Origin: Styela clava
Taxonomy: Eukaryota
Length of the DNA: 64,000 bases
Assembly: GCF_964204865.1 (NCBI RefSeq)
Contig: NC_135263.1
Location: forward strand, 16,616,001-16,680,000
Direction: 5' to 3'
The notes beneath the pieces were generated by a model that saw only the letters and a program-made list of their open reading frames with translations, was not told the origin of the DNA and did no database searches. This document shows positions 1-10,829 of this stretch, piece by piece (within the stretch, counting starts at the first letter, position 1; every line of letters starts with the position of its first letter). Made by a program: the position numbers and the translations under genes.

Positions 1-1134
1 ACAGTTTGCTTGATTTCTCAAACTTTTTCTTGTTTTTTTTTCTCCCCTTCCCATTCTTCCACACTTTTCCTGTTTGATCAATAATTGTCCTGCAAGTCCT
101 ACACTTGCTCTGTTTGTCACACAGTCGTCCTGCTTATTTCACAATTTTCCCGCTTCCCCACAATTTTGCTGTTCGTTACGTACTTGTCCTGCATTTTCCA
201 CACCTCCGGTATGATCCACATTCATCCTTCTGGATCACACTTTTCCTGCATATTCAACACGTGTGCTTCTTGTCTGAGACTCGTCCTATATGTCCAACAC
301 TTGTTCTGTCTGTCTCCTACTTTCCCTGGTTGTCTCACACATGTTGTGCTTGTCCCTTACTTATCCGCTCGATCCACATTTGTCCTGATAGTATAACACC
401 TGTCTTGCTTTTCACACCATTGTCCTGCTTGTCTCACATTTGTCTTGCTTGTCACATACTTTCCCTTACTTATTTAAACTTGTCATACTCACTCTGCTTG
501 TTTCACGGTTGTTCCCTAATTGTCATGCTCATAATTGTTTCACACATAGTTGTTTGACTTACACCTATCCTGCTCATCACACAGTTGTTCTTCTTTCTTC
601 ACACTTGTCCTGCATGTTCAACAGATGTCGTGCTTTTTTCCAAACTTTCCTGCTTTTCTCATAACTATGCAACTTGTCTAAAACTAATCCTTCATTATTT
701 CCCACATTTGTTCTTCTTGAACCAAATTTTTTCTGTTAGTCCAATAATTGTACTGCTTCTATCGCAGTTGTCCAACCCCTCTCACAATTGTTCTACTTAT
801 CGCACATTTTTTTTTATTTATCCACATTTTTCCTGTTCTAGACCTGTGCTTCTTGTCACAAACTTGTTCTGCCTGATTCACATATGTGCTGCTACTCCAA
901 CACTCCTACTTCTGGTCTTACATTTAGTCTGTTTTTTCACATTTGTCCTGCTTTTTTCCACAGTTGTGCAACTTTTTTCCATGTTCAACCGTTGTCTTGC
1001 TTGTCCTTATTTTCTCACGCCTGATCTTCTCGGGTCACAATTGTCCTGTTTTGCCACAATTGTAATTCTTGATTCTCAGTTGCCCTACTCGTCTGACACT
1101 TTACCTTACTTGTTCCATAATTTCCTGCTTCATA

Positions 1135-1247
1135 GGGGGCTCCTGAAGTATGCGCACCGGGATGTCGCACAACCTGAATCATAACCGGTACACACATACT
1201 ATGTTCAGGTTGTGCGCCATCTTGGCGCGCATGCTTCTGAAGGTCCC
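1135..1247. mobile_element. Short palindromic MITE inserted in the satellite
   Basis: Imperfect ~44-bp inverted arms: gggggctcctgaagtatgcgcaccgggatgtcgcacaacctgaa / ttcaggttgtgcgccatcttggcgcgcatgcttctgaaggtccc. It interrupts the satellite. Confidence 0.75.
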
Positions 1248-3692
1248 ATCAAACATGTCGTGCTTGTTCCACAATTTGACCCACACTTGTATTGCTCGTC
1301 TCATATTTTCTCACATTGTCCCACACTTGTCCTGAGTGATCCAAATGTGTACTGCTTGTTCAAGTTCTTTTTCCACAATTGAGCTACTCCTCTCGAACTT
1401 GTCCTGCATTTATCCGACTAGTTCTCCTCGACCCACATTTGTCTTGATCTTCTCATATTTGTCGTTATGGTCTCACACTTGAATTGCTTTCTCCACAATT
1501 GTGTTACTTGACTCAGATTTGTCCTTTACGTCAAACACTTGTCCTGCTTGTCTCAAACTTTTAAAAGTTTCATCCTATTTGTTCTGCTTGCCTTACACTT
1601 ATCCGAATAGTTCAACGCTTGTCCTCTTTTTCTTACAGTAATTCTGCTTGTCTCACACTTGTCCTGCTATTCCCACTATTTTGCTACTTTTCTTAGACTT
1701 GTCCTGATTGATTCACATTTGTCCTACTAGTACACTAGTTCCGTCTGGCCAACATTTGAGTTTCTTGTCACACAGATGTCTTGCTTGTCTCACACTTGTC
1801 CTTCTTTCTGCAACTGTGCTAATTGCTGCAACTTTATCCTGCTTGACCCATATTTGTCCGGCTAATTCAACAAATATCCTGCCTCTCCCACATTTGTCCT
1901 ACTTGCTCTCCAAGTGAACTGCTTTTTCTACAATCGTGGAACTTGTCTCAGACTTGTTATGTTGTATCTCCAACACTTGTCATGTTTGTCTCGATTTTTT
2001 TCTGTTTGTATAACACTCTGACACTTGTCATGCTTGTCTCACACTTGTCCTGCATGAACCACATTAGTCCAGATAATCCAATACTTAATCTTCTTGTCTC
2101 ACACTTGGTCTACTTTTCTCTCATTTGTCGTGCTTTTGCCACAATTGCGCTACTTTCCTCCGACCCTCAAAACTTTTCTGCTTGTCTCAAACTTGTCTTG
2201 ATTGTCCAATGCTTGCCCGGTTTGAATCAAATTTTATCATTCTTGTCCCATACTCTCATTGATTTTTGCACACTTGTTCTATGTGTGTCTCACAGTTGTC
2301 ATGCGTTTCCCGCAATTGTGTTACTTTTCTAAAAATTGTCCTAATCGAACCACATTTGTCATGCTTTTTTCATAGATGCCTTTCTTGCCCCACACTTGGA
2401 CTGATTTTCTTAGATTGGTGCTAATTGTCTCAGTTTTGTCCCCTATTTCCAATACTTTTAATGTCTGTCTCAAACTTATACTGGTTGCCTTAAACTTGTT
2501 TTGCGTGTCTTACACTTGTTCTTCTAGTCCCACTATTTTGCTGCTTTTCTTAGACTTTTCCTGATTGATTCACATTTGTCCTACTAGTGCAACACTTGTT
2601 CCGCCTGTCCAACATTTGTCGTGCTAGTCCAACATTTGAGTTTCTTGTCACACAGATGTCTTGCTTGTCCCACACTTGTCCTTTTTCTGCAACTAGTCTA
2701 ATTGTTGCAACCTTATCCTGCCGCTCCCACATTTTTTCCACTTGCCCTCCGCGTGGACTGCTTTTTTTCCACAATTGTGGAACTTGTCTAGGGCTTGTCA
2801 TGTTGTATGTCTAACTCGAACTTGTCCTGCTTGACCGACATTTGCCCCAGTATTTCAACACTTGTCCTACTAGTCCGGGTCTTGTCATTCTTTTCTCATA
2901 GTTTCTCATTGCCTTTCTTGCCTCACACGTAGACTGCTTATCCCAGAATGAAGCTGGTTGTTTCATATTTGTCCTGTATGCCTAACACTTGTCGTCATGC
3001 TTCTCTCGCACTTGTTTTTAAACATTTGTTCTCTTTGTCTTGCTTGTCCCATATTAGTCATGCATGACCCAAATTTGTCGTTCTTGTTTTACGCTTTTAT
3101 TGTTTGCTCCACACTTGTTGTGCTTGTCTCATACTTGATCCATACCTGTTTTTTCTGACACACATTTGCGCACTTTTCAGCACATGCTCTGCTTGTATTG
3201 TTAGACACTAGTATTGCTCACACTTAGTATTGCTTTTTTCACATTTGTCACATACTGGACCAACACTTGAATTGCATCTTCCAAGGTTGTCCTGATTGTC
3301 TCACCCTCGGACTGTTTTCCCACAATTATGTTACTTTTTACAGTCTTATTGTGTTGTATGTCCCAAACTTGTGCTGCTCGAACCACATTTGTCCTTCTAG
3401 ACTAAAACTTGTCATGCTTGTCTAACACGTGTCCTGCCTGACCCACATTTGACATTTAATCCAACACTTGAACTTCTAGTCTCACAAATGGTCTTCTTTT
3501 TTCACACTTGTCCTTCTTCCCCCAAAATTGTGCTACTCTTCTCAGATTTGTAGTGTATGTCGTTTTTCCACACTTGTCATGATTTATCCACATCCGTCCT
3601 GCTATTCCGACACTCGCTGTGCCTGTCACACACTTGTCCTGCATGCCAAGTACGTCTCCTGCCTTATACATAATTGTCGTGATTCTTTCTCA

Positions 3693-4117
3693 TTTTTGGA
3701 CACATAGTGGACATAACGATCGTTTCAATATTATGTTGTTGTTGTTCTTGTTTTTGTTCTTTGACACGTTTTTAAAAAGTCGCTTTTCTCTTCGAATACT
3801 GGACCAATTGCTTTGAAATTTTCAGTGGTTAAAGATTAATTTTTTCGCTAGAAGGCTATTACTTTTATTTATTTCAAAATTTTGCGTGAATTCTATGAAA
3901 TTCGATATTTCGTCTAAAATTTTGCTGTATTATTTTTTATCCATGGGAACACGGATTTTAGTCAGTGTCATGACTGGCTGTACGTTTTAATTCTGCAAAA
4001 TTCTTGCTACTGAAAATTCAGAACTTTTTTGAGGGTACCGGTAGCGTCAAAGGTACCGGTAAGGACTGATTCGCTCTGGTCTAACGTGTCCATATATTTG
4101 TGCGTAGCTCTCTCGTT
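3693..4117 (+). mobile_element. DINE-1/Helentron-associated (HINE-like) non-autonomous element, copy 1
   Basis: Near-exact reverse complement of 5850-6270. Asymmetric subterminal inverted repeat (tggacac.../aacgtgtcca), internal (ttg)n, terminal ...gctctctcgtt, no TSD. Confidence 0.7.
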
Positions 4118-5632
4118 CCACTTGTCTTGCTAGTCCAACATTTGCCATGCTTTTCTCATAGTTGTCTTTTTTGCCCAATACTTAGACTCATTTTTCAAGA
4201 ATGGTGCTACATGTCTGAGATTCGTCCTGTATGTCCTACACTCATTCTGCTTGTCTCGAACTTTTCTTGTTGTCTCACACGTGTCTTGCTTGTCTCACTT
4301 TCCTTCGACTTTTTCATTTTCAACAGTCTGCTTGACTAACACTGTTGGTCACATACTTGTCCTGGTTGTCTTACATTTGTCTTGCTTGATCCATATTTGT
4401 CATGCTTGATGCAAACTTGCCGTTATTGTTTCACACGTTCCCCGTTTGTGTCACAGCAATTCTATTTGCCTAACACTTGTTCTGATTTTCCCACAATTGT
4501 GTTACATGTGTCCTCAGTGTTTAACCTTATTTCCGCTTGTCACACACGTGTCCCGCTTATCTCAAACTTGTGCATATTGTTCAACACATGGTCTACTTTT
4601 TACACAATTGTCCTGGTTTTTCCACAATTGTATACCTTTCTCAGACTTTTCCTGCATAACCTTTACAAGTCGCGTTGTCTTTCATTGTTATCTCACACGT
4701 GTGCTGCTTTTCTCGCAATTTTGCTACTTATCTACTCAAACTTGCCGTGGTTGTCTCACAGTTGTCCTACTAGGCTTACACTTGAATTGATTTTTCCACA
4801 ATTGCGTTACTTGTCTTAGACTTGTCTGTTATGTCGTCAAACACGTGCCTCAAACTTTTTCGTGTTGTCCTGATTGTCTCACATTTGTCCTCACACTCTT
4901 AATTGTGCTACTAGTTTCAAACTTGTCCAGCATTTCCTGCACTTGTCCTGCTAGTCTAAAACTTGACATTTTCTTACAGTTGTCCGGCTTGTGTCACTTT
5001 AAACTGCTTTTCCAACAAGTATGCTACTTGTCGCAGACTTGTCCTTTGTGTTCAAACCTTTTTCTGTTTTTCTGAATTTTATCCTTGTTTTCGCGAACTT
5101 GTCCTGCTTGTCCCGTGATACTTATTATTCGGGTCGAAATATCTCTCTTTGGCAATTTTTTTCATATAAATTGACGATCAGACCAGGTTTAAACGAGCAT
5201 AAATATATCTTTATCCCATACAAACTTTGTCAAACTCGTTGTGTTTACTTCTTCTTATAAGTTCTTATAGTGGTCTTTCTATAAGCAGGTGGACATATTT
5301 GTAAGACATACATATTTAGGGGAGAACTATGATTTGTTGGCACATTTTTTTGAACTGACTTGTGTGCCATATTTGAATGATCGTGTATGTCTTCTTTACG
5401 AAGTTAGCATCAAAAACTCTATTTCTGAATTATGCAGTCCTGGTTGTTTTGCGAATGCCTTCATTTCATATTGTCTGATAAAGTTTTGGTATTAGCCCTT
5501 ATCCAACTTATTCTAAATTCTGGCAACGGCGATGGTCGCGTTTTAAAACGAGAAAGATGTCTGCTAGAGCAGGTAACTTGGTGGTGTAAAACTGACACGC
5601 ATCGACCAGGGCTGCCACTTTTGCTTGACTAA

Positions 5633-5798
5633 AATCAATCAATCAAATCGTTTTTTATTTGTCATTCCGATAAAATATAACAAAATTAAAACAAGAAAAA
5701 TGAAAAAATATTCGTACAGAATGACGGGATAACCGCGAAATGACCATTCGGTCTACTTTTCAGCGGCAACCTTAAGCGGCAGCGGCAACCTTAAGCGG
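5633..5798 (-). mobile_element. 3' end of a non-LTR retroelement (LINE/SINE tail)
   Basis: The minus strand ends aataaa...(gatt)n. A 19-bp tandem duplication (cagcggcaaccttaagcgg x2) lies at the truncated end. Confidence 0.45.
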
Positions 5799-5849
5799 CA
5801 AAACATCTAGATTAACCTCGGAAAACATCTAGAAACATCCAGATTGAAA

Positions 5850-6270
5850 AACAAGAGAGCTACGCACAAATATATGGACACGTTAGACCAGAGCGAATCA
5901 GTCTTTACCGGTACCTTTGACGCTACCCCCAAAAAAGTTCTGAATTTCCAGTAGCAAGAATTTTGCAGAATCAAAACGTACAGCCAGTCATGACACTGAC
6001 TAAAATCCGTGTTCCCATGGATAAAAAATGATACAGCAAAATTTTAGACGAAATATCAAATTTCATAGAATTCACGCAAAATTTTGAAATAAATAAAAGT
6101 AATAGCCTTCTAGCGAAGAAATTAATCTTTAACCACTGAAAATTTCAAAGCAATTGGTCCAGTATTCGAAGAGAAAAGCGATTTTTTAAAAACGTGTCAA
6201 AGAACAGCAACAACAACAACAACAATATGATATTGAAACGATCGTTATGGCCACTAAACGTGTCCAATAA
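5850..6270 (-). mobile_element. DINE-1/Helentron-associated element, copy 2
   Basis: aacaagagagctacg...tggacacgtt...(caa)n...aacgtgtccaataa. Inserted in an A-run of the host hAT subterminal repeat without a TSD. Confidence 0.7.
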
Positions 6271-6538
6271 AACATCTAGGAAATACATCTAGATATGAAG
6301 TCATTGAATTTAATGAAAAGTAACCACAATACAGTAATATTAGATGTCGAAGAAGCTAACATCATCACCTAGAATTCAATTCCCACCTGCAGAACTTACA
6401 AAAGACCTTGTTCTTATCATCTGAATGGGCAACCCATTCCTTAAGCCAATTTTTTCTAAATTTTTGCTGGTAGTGTATACACTTTGGCATTTTGAAAAGT
6501 TGATGTTTGAAGAGAGACACATTCAATAGCACTTATAG

Positions 6539-7294
6539 CAGTGTTTCTCAACCTTTTTGTCTTTGCGGACCCTTTTGGTGCTCTAAGGGGGTCGCGGACC
6601 CCTCAAAAGTTTTTTATTTGAAATTTAGTTTATAGCTTAAACAGCAACCTAATGTTCCATACAGATTTAACCAAGTCAAAAATAACACCAAACTAGTGGA
6701 CATTTTCATTTATTTTGTCAAATCGAATACACTTAATGGGATTTCTGCTGTTGCATATCAGAAGCAAGTCTTGAAATACGTGGTCGTGTTTTTGATAACG
6801 ATAGACGCATATCGCCGTTTAGTTGGTGACGAGCCTTAGATTTGATATGAACAAGAGCAGAAATTCCACTTTCACAAAGGCAAGAGGGGGCGAATGGAAC
6901 AATAACACGTAATCGTCTTCGACGTTGGTTGGTGACGAGCCTTGAATTTGATATGAACGAGAGCAAAAAATCCACTTTCACAAAGGTAAGGGGAGGCGAA
7001 TGGAACAATTACACGTAATGCTTCCATCGATACTTATGGGTAAGACGGCAAAATGGCGCACCAAAACGGAGAAAGTGATCACTGTAGCTGTGTTCTCGTA
7101 TTTATCATTGTGCTGTCATACCTTGTATTTGTCACAATAGGTCTACGGGAGATAAATCAAAATAGTTTTTGTTGGCTATTGTCACATTGTCATAGGCAGC
7201 AAATGTTCGAGCGTATTACAAAAAAACGATATCAGACTGCAAATAATTTCCTAAAATCTTAATTAAATAGCGGACCCCCGGTTGAGAACCACTG
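6539..7294 (-). mobile_element. hAT (Charlie/Buster-type) deletion derivative with transposase C-terminal remnant
   Basis: TIRs cagtgtttctcaacc / ggttgagaaccactg and 8-bp TSD acttatag. ORF 6733-7008 has PFAPSCLCESGISALVHIKSKARHQL..DMRLSLSK..PRI...QQQKSH. An internal ~100-bp tandem duplication is present. Confidence 0.9.
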
Positions 7295-7987
7295 ACTTAT
7301 AGACTTAAATAACCTAATAATTTTGAAACCCCTTGGCAACAATATCATCGGACCAACGTCGTCCTTTCTACTTAACGTTAATTAAAACGTCACATGTTTT
7401 AAACATGTTTAATTCGTTATTCAAATATTTTAAGTACGTATGGCTGTATGGTACCGATGGACGAATACAATATGAATGAGTTTTATCGTAAATATATACT
7501 GTTTTATCAATCTTACATCAATACTTCTAAATAATGAAATAATATTCATTCACCTATTACAGTATTACACACATCTCTTTATTTATTTCCCACTGAATAA
7601 TATTTAGAACCTTGAAAAAAAAAATATCTAGATTTTATAGCTAACATCTAGGCTCCAAATTTTACATCTAGATCTTGAAAAAAACATCTAGATCTAGATA
7701 TAAAACATCTAGAGTGGCAGCCCTGGCATCGACCGCATTTTGCTATCCCTATTTTGACACCCATCGGCCGTTTTTTGCCATCCCTATTCGACATCCCCAA
7801 TATGATTTTTATGCTACCACCACTATAGATATATTGCACACCTACCGAGTCAAAACAAGTTATTTTTTCCCAACCAGCAAAAAACAATCGCATAAATACA
7901 ACATTCAGAAAAAGAGGGATAATCATTCGATCCTACTGAAAGAGGGTAGTCGCTAGGAACCAAAGTTGGTTATCGAGCAGCGACACC

Positions 7988-10177
7988 TGTAGCAAGTACA
8001 TAAGGATACTAAGGGAACTTGGATATTGTGTATTGAACTGCAGGTCCTTTCTCCTTGTTTACTTTCTACTTCGGATCCGTATGTGGTAGGCTACTCACCA
8101 CAAGGATGCTTGAACGAGATAGTATTAAAGTGATAAGTAAAAATAACATGATCTCTTTCAACGAAATAGTAAGTATATTTGTGAGCTTTCGTTAGATCAT
8201 GGTCTAACTTCTTCAAACAATACAAGATATAACTTAATTATACAGCGAATAAGGATAGGATAGGATAAGGATAGTTACTGTGTATTTTAATATTTCCACC
8301 ACTTATTGTTAGTAGTGCATGTTATTTGCCTGAAACAAGGTCGTTGTCCCAATTCATTTCCTTTATGATATATTTCTCTCACTCAGTGTAGCTTGTCTTT
8401 GCCGTTCTTTGTTAGTTAGAAATTTGGTTTCATCACATATACTTGCTTTAAGGTTTCAAGTGTAATTCGTTATTTGGATCAATTCGATTGTGCAACTTTA
8501 CAATATAACAATTGGCATTCAATACATTGTGTGCTTTTTGACCTCTGAAGGAGTCAAGATCGGAGTTACACTCTGTTAACGTGTGTTCAATAACACGGGA
8601 GTGTGGACACGCAGATAGAGTCGAATCTTTGTTGCCCTATATTTTGGTGACCCCGTACAACGACTTACTGGCGAACCATTTCATGGTTGTTCTTCGTTAA
8701 AACAAAATCACACAAAACTATCGACGGCGTCGCACCCTCATACGCCGATTGCATACTTTGGACACACTCAGCCACGGCTGGCGCCTATGGAGATCTTCAC
8801 ACAATTAATCCGCACTGGCGCGCCACGAAAAACAAGTTCGAATACCAATACTCATGGCCCACTGAAAAGTCTGGCCAAATCAACAACATCGCGATCTTAA
8901 CTTCAACTTTATCCTTCAATCACATGACACGAAAACTTCACTCTCCCCTAGCTGATTTAAGCCAATGCTCACCCAATTCCGAGTTTTGCCGGAAAGGTGC
9001 GTTTACGTTTGTCTGGAACGTTGATGATACGAAAGTTGCACGGCCGTCGACTCTCCGAAATTCAACGCTACCACACTCTTGTTACATTTCAATTCCTCGG
9101 GCAATCTTTATCGATTGGAACTGCCGAGAGTTGGACAAAGCTTTCACAGTTTCGAAACTTGCTCACAACGAACGAAATCTTAACGTCAACAATATTCTTC
9201 AAATCAACTATTACGCTCATTATTTTACAAAACAGAAAGAAGTTGATTGTCCAAACGCAATGGCTTAGTTCTGGGTGTTATCGAAGATTTCGTGAAAATC
9301 TGTAGATTTCACCGCAAAAGATCCTTCAACCGGAGGTATCTCAATCAAATCGGTTTTCCTGTGTCGTTGCATTAGTTGGTCATCAGCGACTTTGATGCAG
9401 AATTAAATACACCAATACATGGCAAATTTTACGACATATTATTCAATCAGAAATCGTTATTAGCTAGTCTTACAAAATTTAAAAATTAGCAAACTAATTT
9501 TTTTCATTGTCGGGGGGAATTGTGTAGCAAGTACATAAGGATACTAAGGGAACTTGGATATTGTGTATTGAACTGCAGGTCCTTTCTCCTTGTTTACTTT
9601 CTACTTCGGATCCTTATGTGGTACTCACCACAAGTATGCTTGAACGAGATAGTATTAAAGTGATAAGTAAAAATAACATGATCTCTTTCAACGAAATAGT
9701 AAGTATATTTGTGAGCTTTCGTTAGATCATGGTCTAACTTCTTCAAACAATACAAGATATAACTTAATTATACAGCGAATAAGGATAGGATAGGATAAGG
9801 ATAAGGATAGTTACTGTGTATTTTAATATTTCCACCACTTATTGTTAGTAGTGCATGTTATTTGCCTGAAACAAGGTCGTTGTCCCAATTCATTTCCTTT
9901 ATGATATATTTCTCTCACTCAGTGTAGCTTGTCTTTGCCGTTCTTTGTTAGTTAGAAATTTGGTTTCATCACATATACTTGCTTTAAGGTTTCAAGTGTA
10001 ATTCGTTATTTGGATCAATTCGATTGTGCAACTTTACAATATAACAATTGGCATTCAATACATTGTGTGCTTTTTGACCTCTGAAGGAGTCAAGATCGGA
10101 GTTACACTCTGTTAACGTGTGTTCAATAACACGGGAGTGTGGACACGCAGATAGGGTCGAATCTTTGTTGCCCTATA
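7988..10177 (+). mobile_element. Internally deleted LTR retroelement (LTRs 7988-8641 and 9523-10177)
   Basis: Two ~654-bp near-identical direct repeats (TG...TA ends), 4-bp TSD cacc, PBS tggtgaccccg after the 5' LTR, PPT ggggggaa before the 3' LTR, and only ~880 bp of internal sequence. Confidence 0.95.
8651..9268 (+). pseudogene. env-like (class III viral fusion glycoprotein-like) fragment inside the LTR element
   Basis: Open frame TTTYWRTISWLFFVKTKSHKTIDGVAPSYADC...YQYSWPT...QCSPNSEFCRKGAFTFVW has spacing reminiscent of the rhabdovirus G fusion domain. No ATG, signal peptide or TM segment. Confidence 0.45.
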
Positions 10178-10829
10178 CACCCAAGGTCCGAAGGTTCTAA
10201 TATCTAATTAAAAAGATCGGGAATTTTATTTAAATATGCAAATCCAATCCTATTTACGGAACTGTCGTTATTATCGGTGAGCATCGTATTATTTTTCCGA
10301 GTATCTAACTAAAATATTTTTCTAGAGATGTCTCCAAGAGTCATGACATGACACCGCAGACGTATGGGGTATTCCCCGATACCGCGCTTTATGATTTGGT
10401 CATGTTTTTGGTCTCTTTTATGCTAATATAGCTTCACTCTGAGCAAGACTCTGGATAAGGGACCAATGATGTATGTATGTTTATTCGTCTAGTCTATAAG
10501 AAGCTCTTGGAAAATTGGAATTATTCTAGACTACATCGCCATGCAGTACTGCAGTAGGTCACAGTTTTTCGACATCAAGATGTTCTGATATGTAAATGTA
10601 AATCCTATCCTATCTTATGGTTCAATAAAGCGAATTGCCATGCAACTCCGTCAGCCTCATCATGTCAACGGTAGGCCTATATCCCAGTATAGTACAAGAA
10701 TAATAAATATTATAAACACAAAAAAATGCTTGGTACATTGCCTAGATAACTTGTCTTTGATAATATAGGTAGTAATTTATTCATTATATACAGATATAGT
10801 TTACAATTCATGAATAATAATAAAGAATA

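Larger units (their letters stand above)
1..5117. repeat. Degenerate pyrimidine-rich satellite, ~20-bp unit (consensus ~cacacttgtcctgcttgtct), with higher-order blocks
   Basis: cttgtc/tttgtc cores recur about every 10 bp. The L/C/S/H/T-rich ORFs in all three + frames are what a 20-bp unit produces. Longer similar blocks: ~1655-1960 vs ~2513-2800 and ~270-355 vs ~4212-4295. Confidence 0.9.
5607..7725. mobile_element. Non-autonomous hAT element hosting three nested insertions
   Basis: TIRs cagggctgccact / agtggcagccctg, perfect 8-bp TSD gcatcgac (5599-5606, 7726-7733), and subterminal aaacatctaga repeats at both ends. Confidence 0.92.

Noticed and set aside
85-5075. Many 60-200 aa ORFs rich in L/C/S/H
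   Set aside because: They are a by-product of the stop-poor 20-bp satellite, appearing in all three frames with no domain signal.
1-5117. CRISPR-like array
   Set aside because: Contiguous degenerate tandem units with no constant repeat plus unique spacers, no cas genes, and a eukaryotic context.
3693-6270. One large transposon with 420-bp TIRs
   Set aside because: The right copy is nested inside an independent TSD-bounded hAT, and each copy has its own complete structure. These are two separate insertions.
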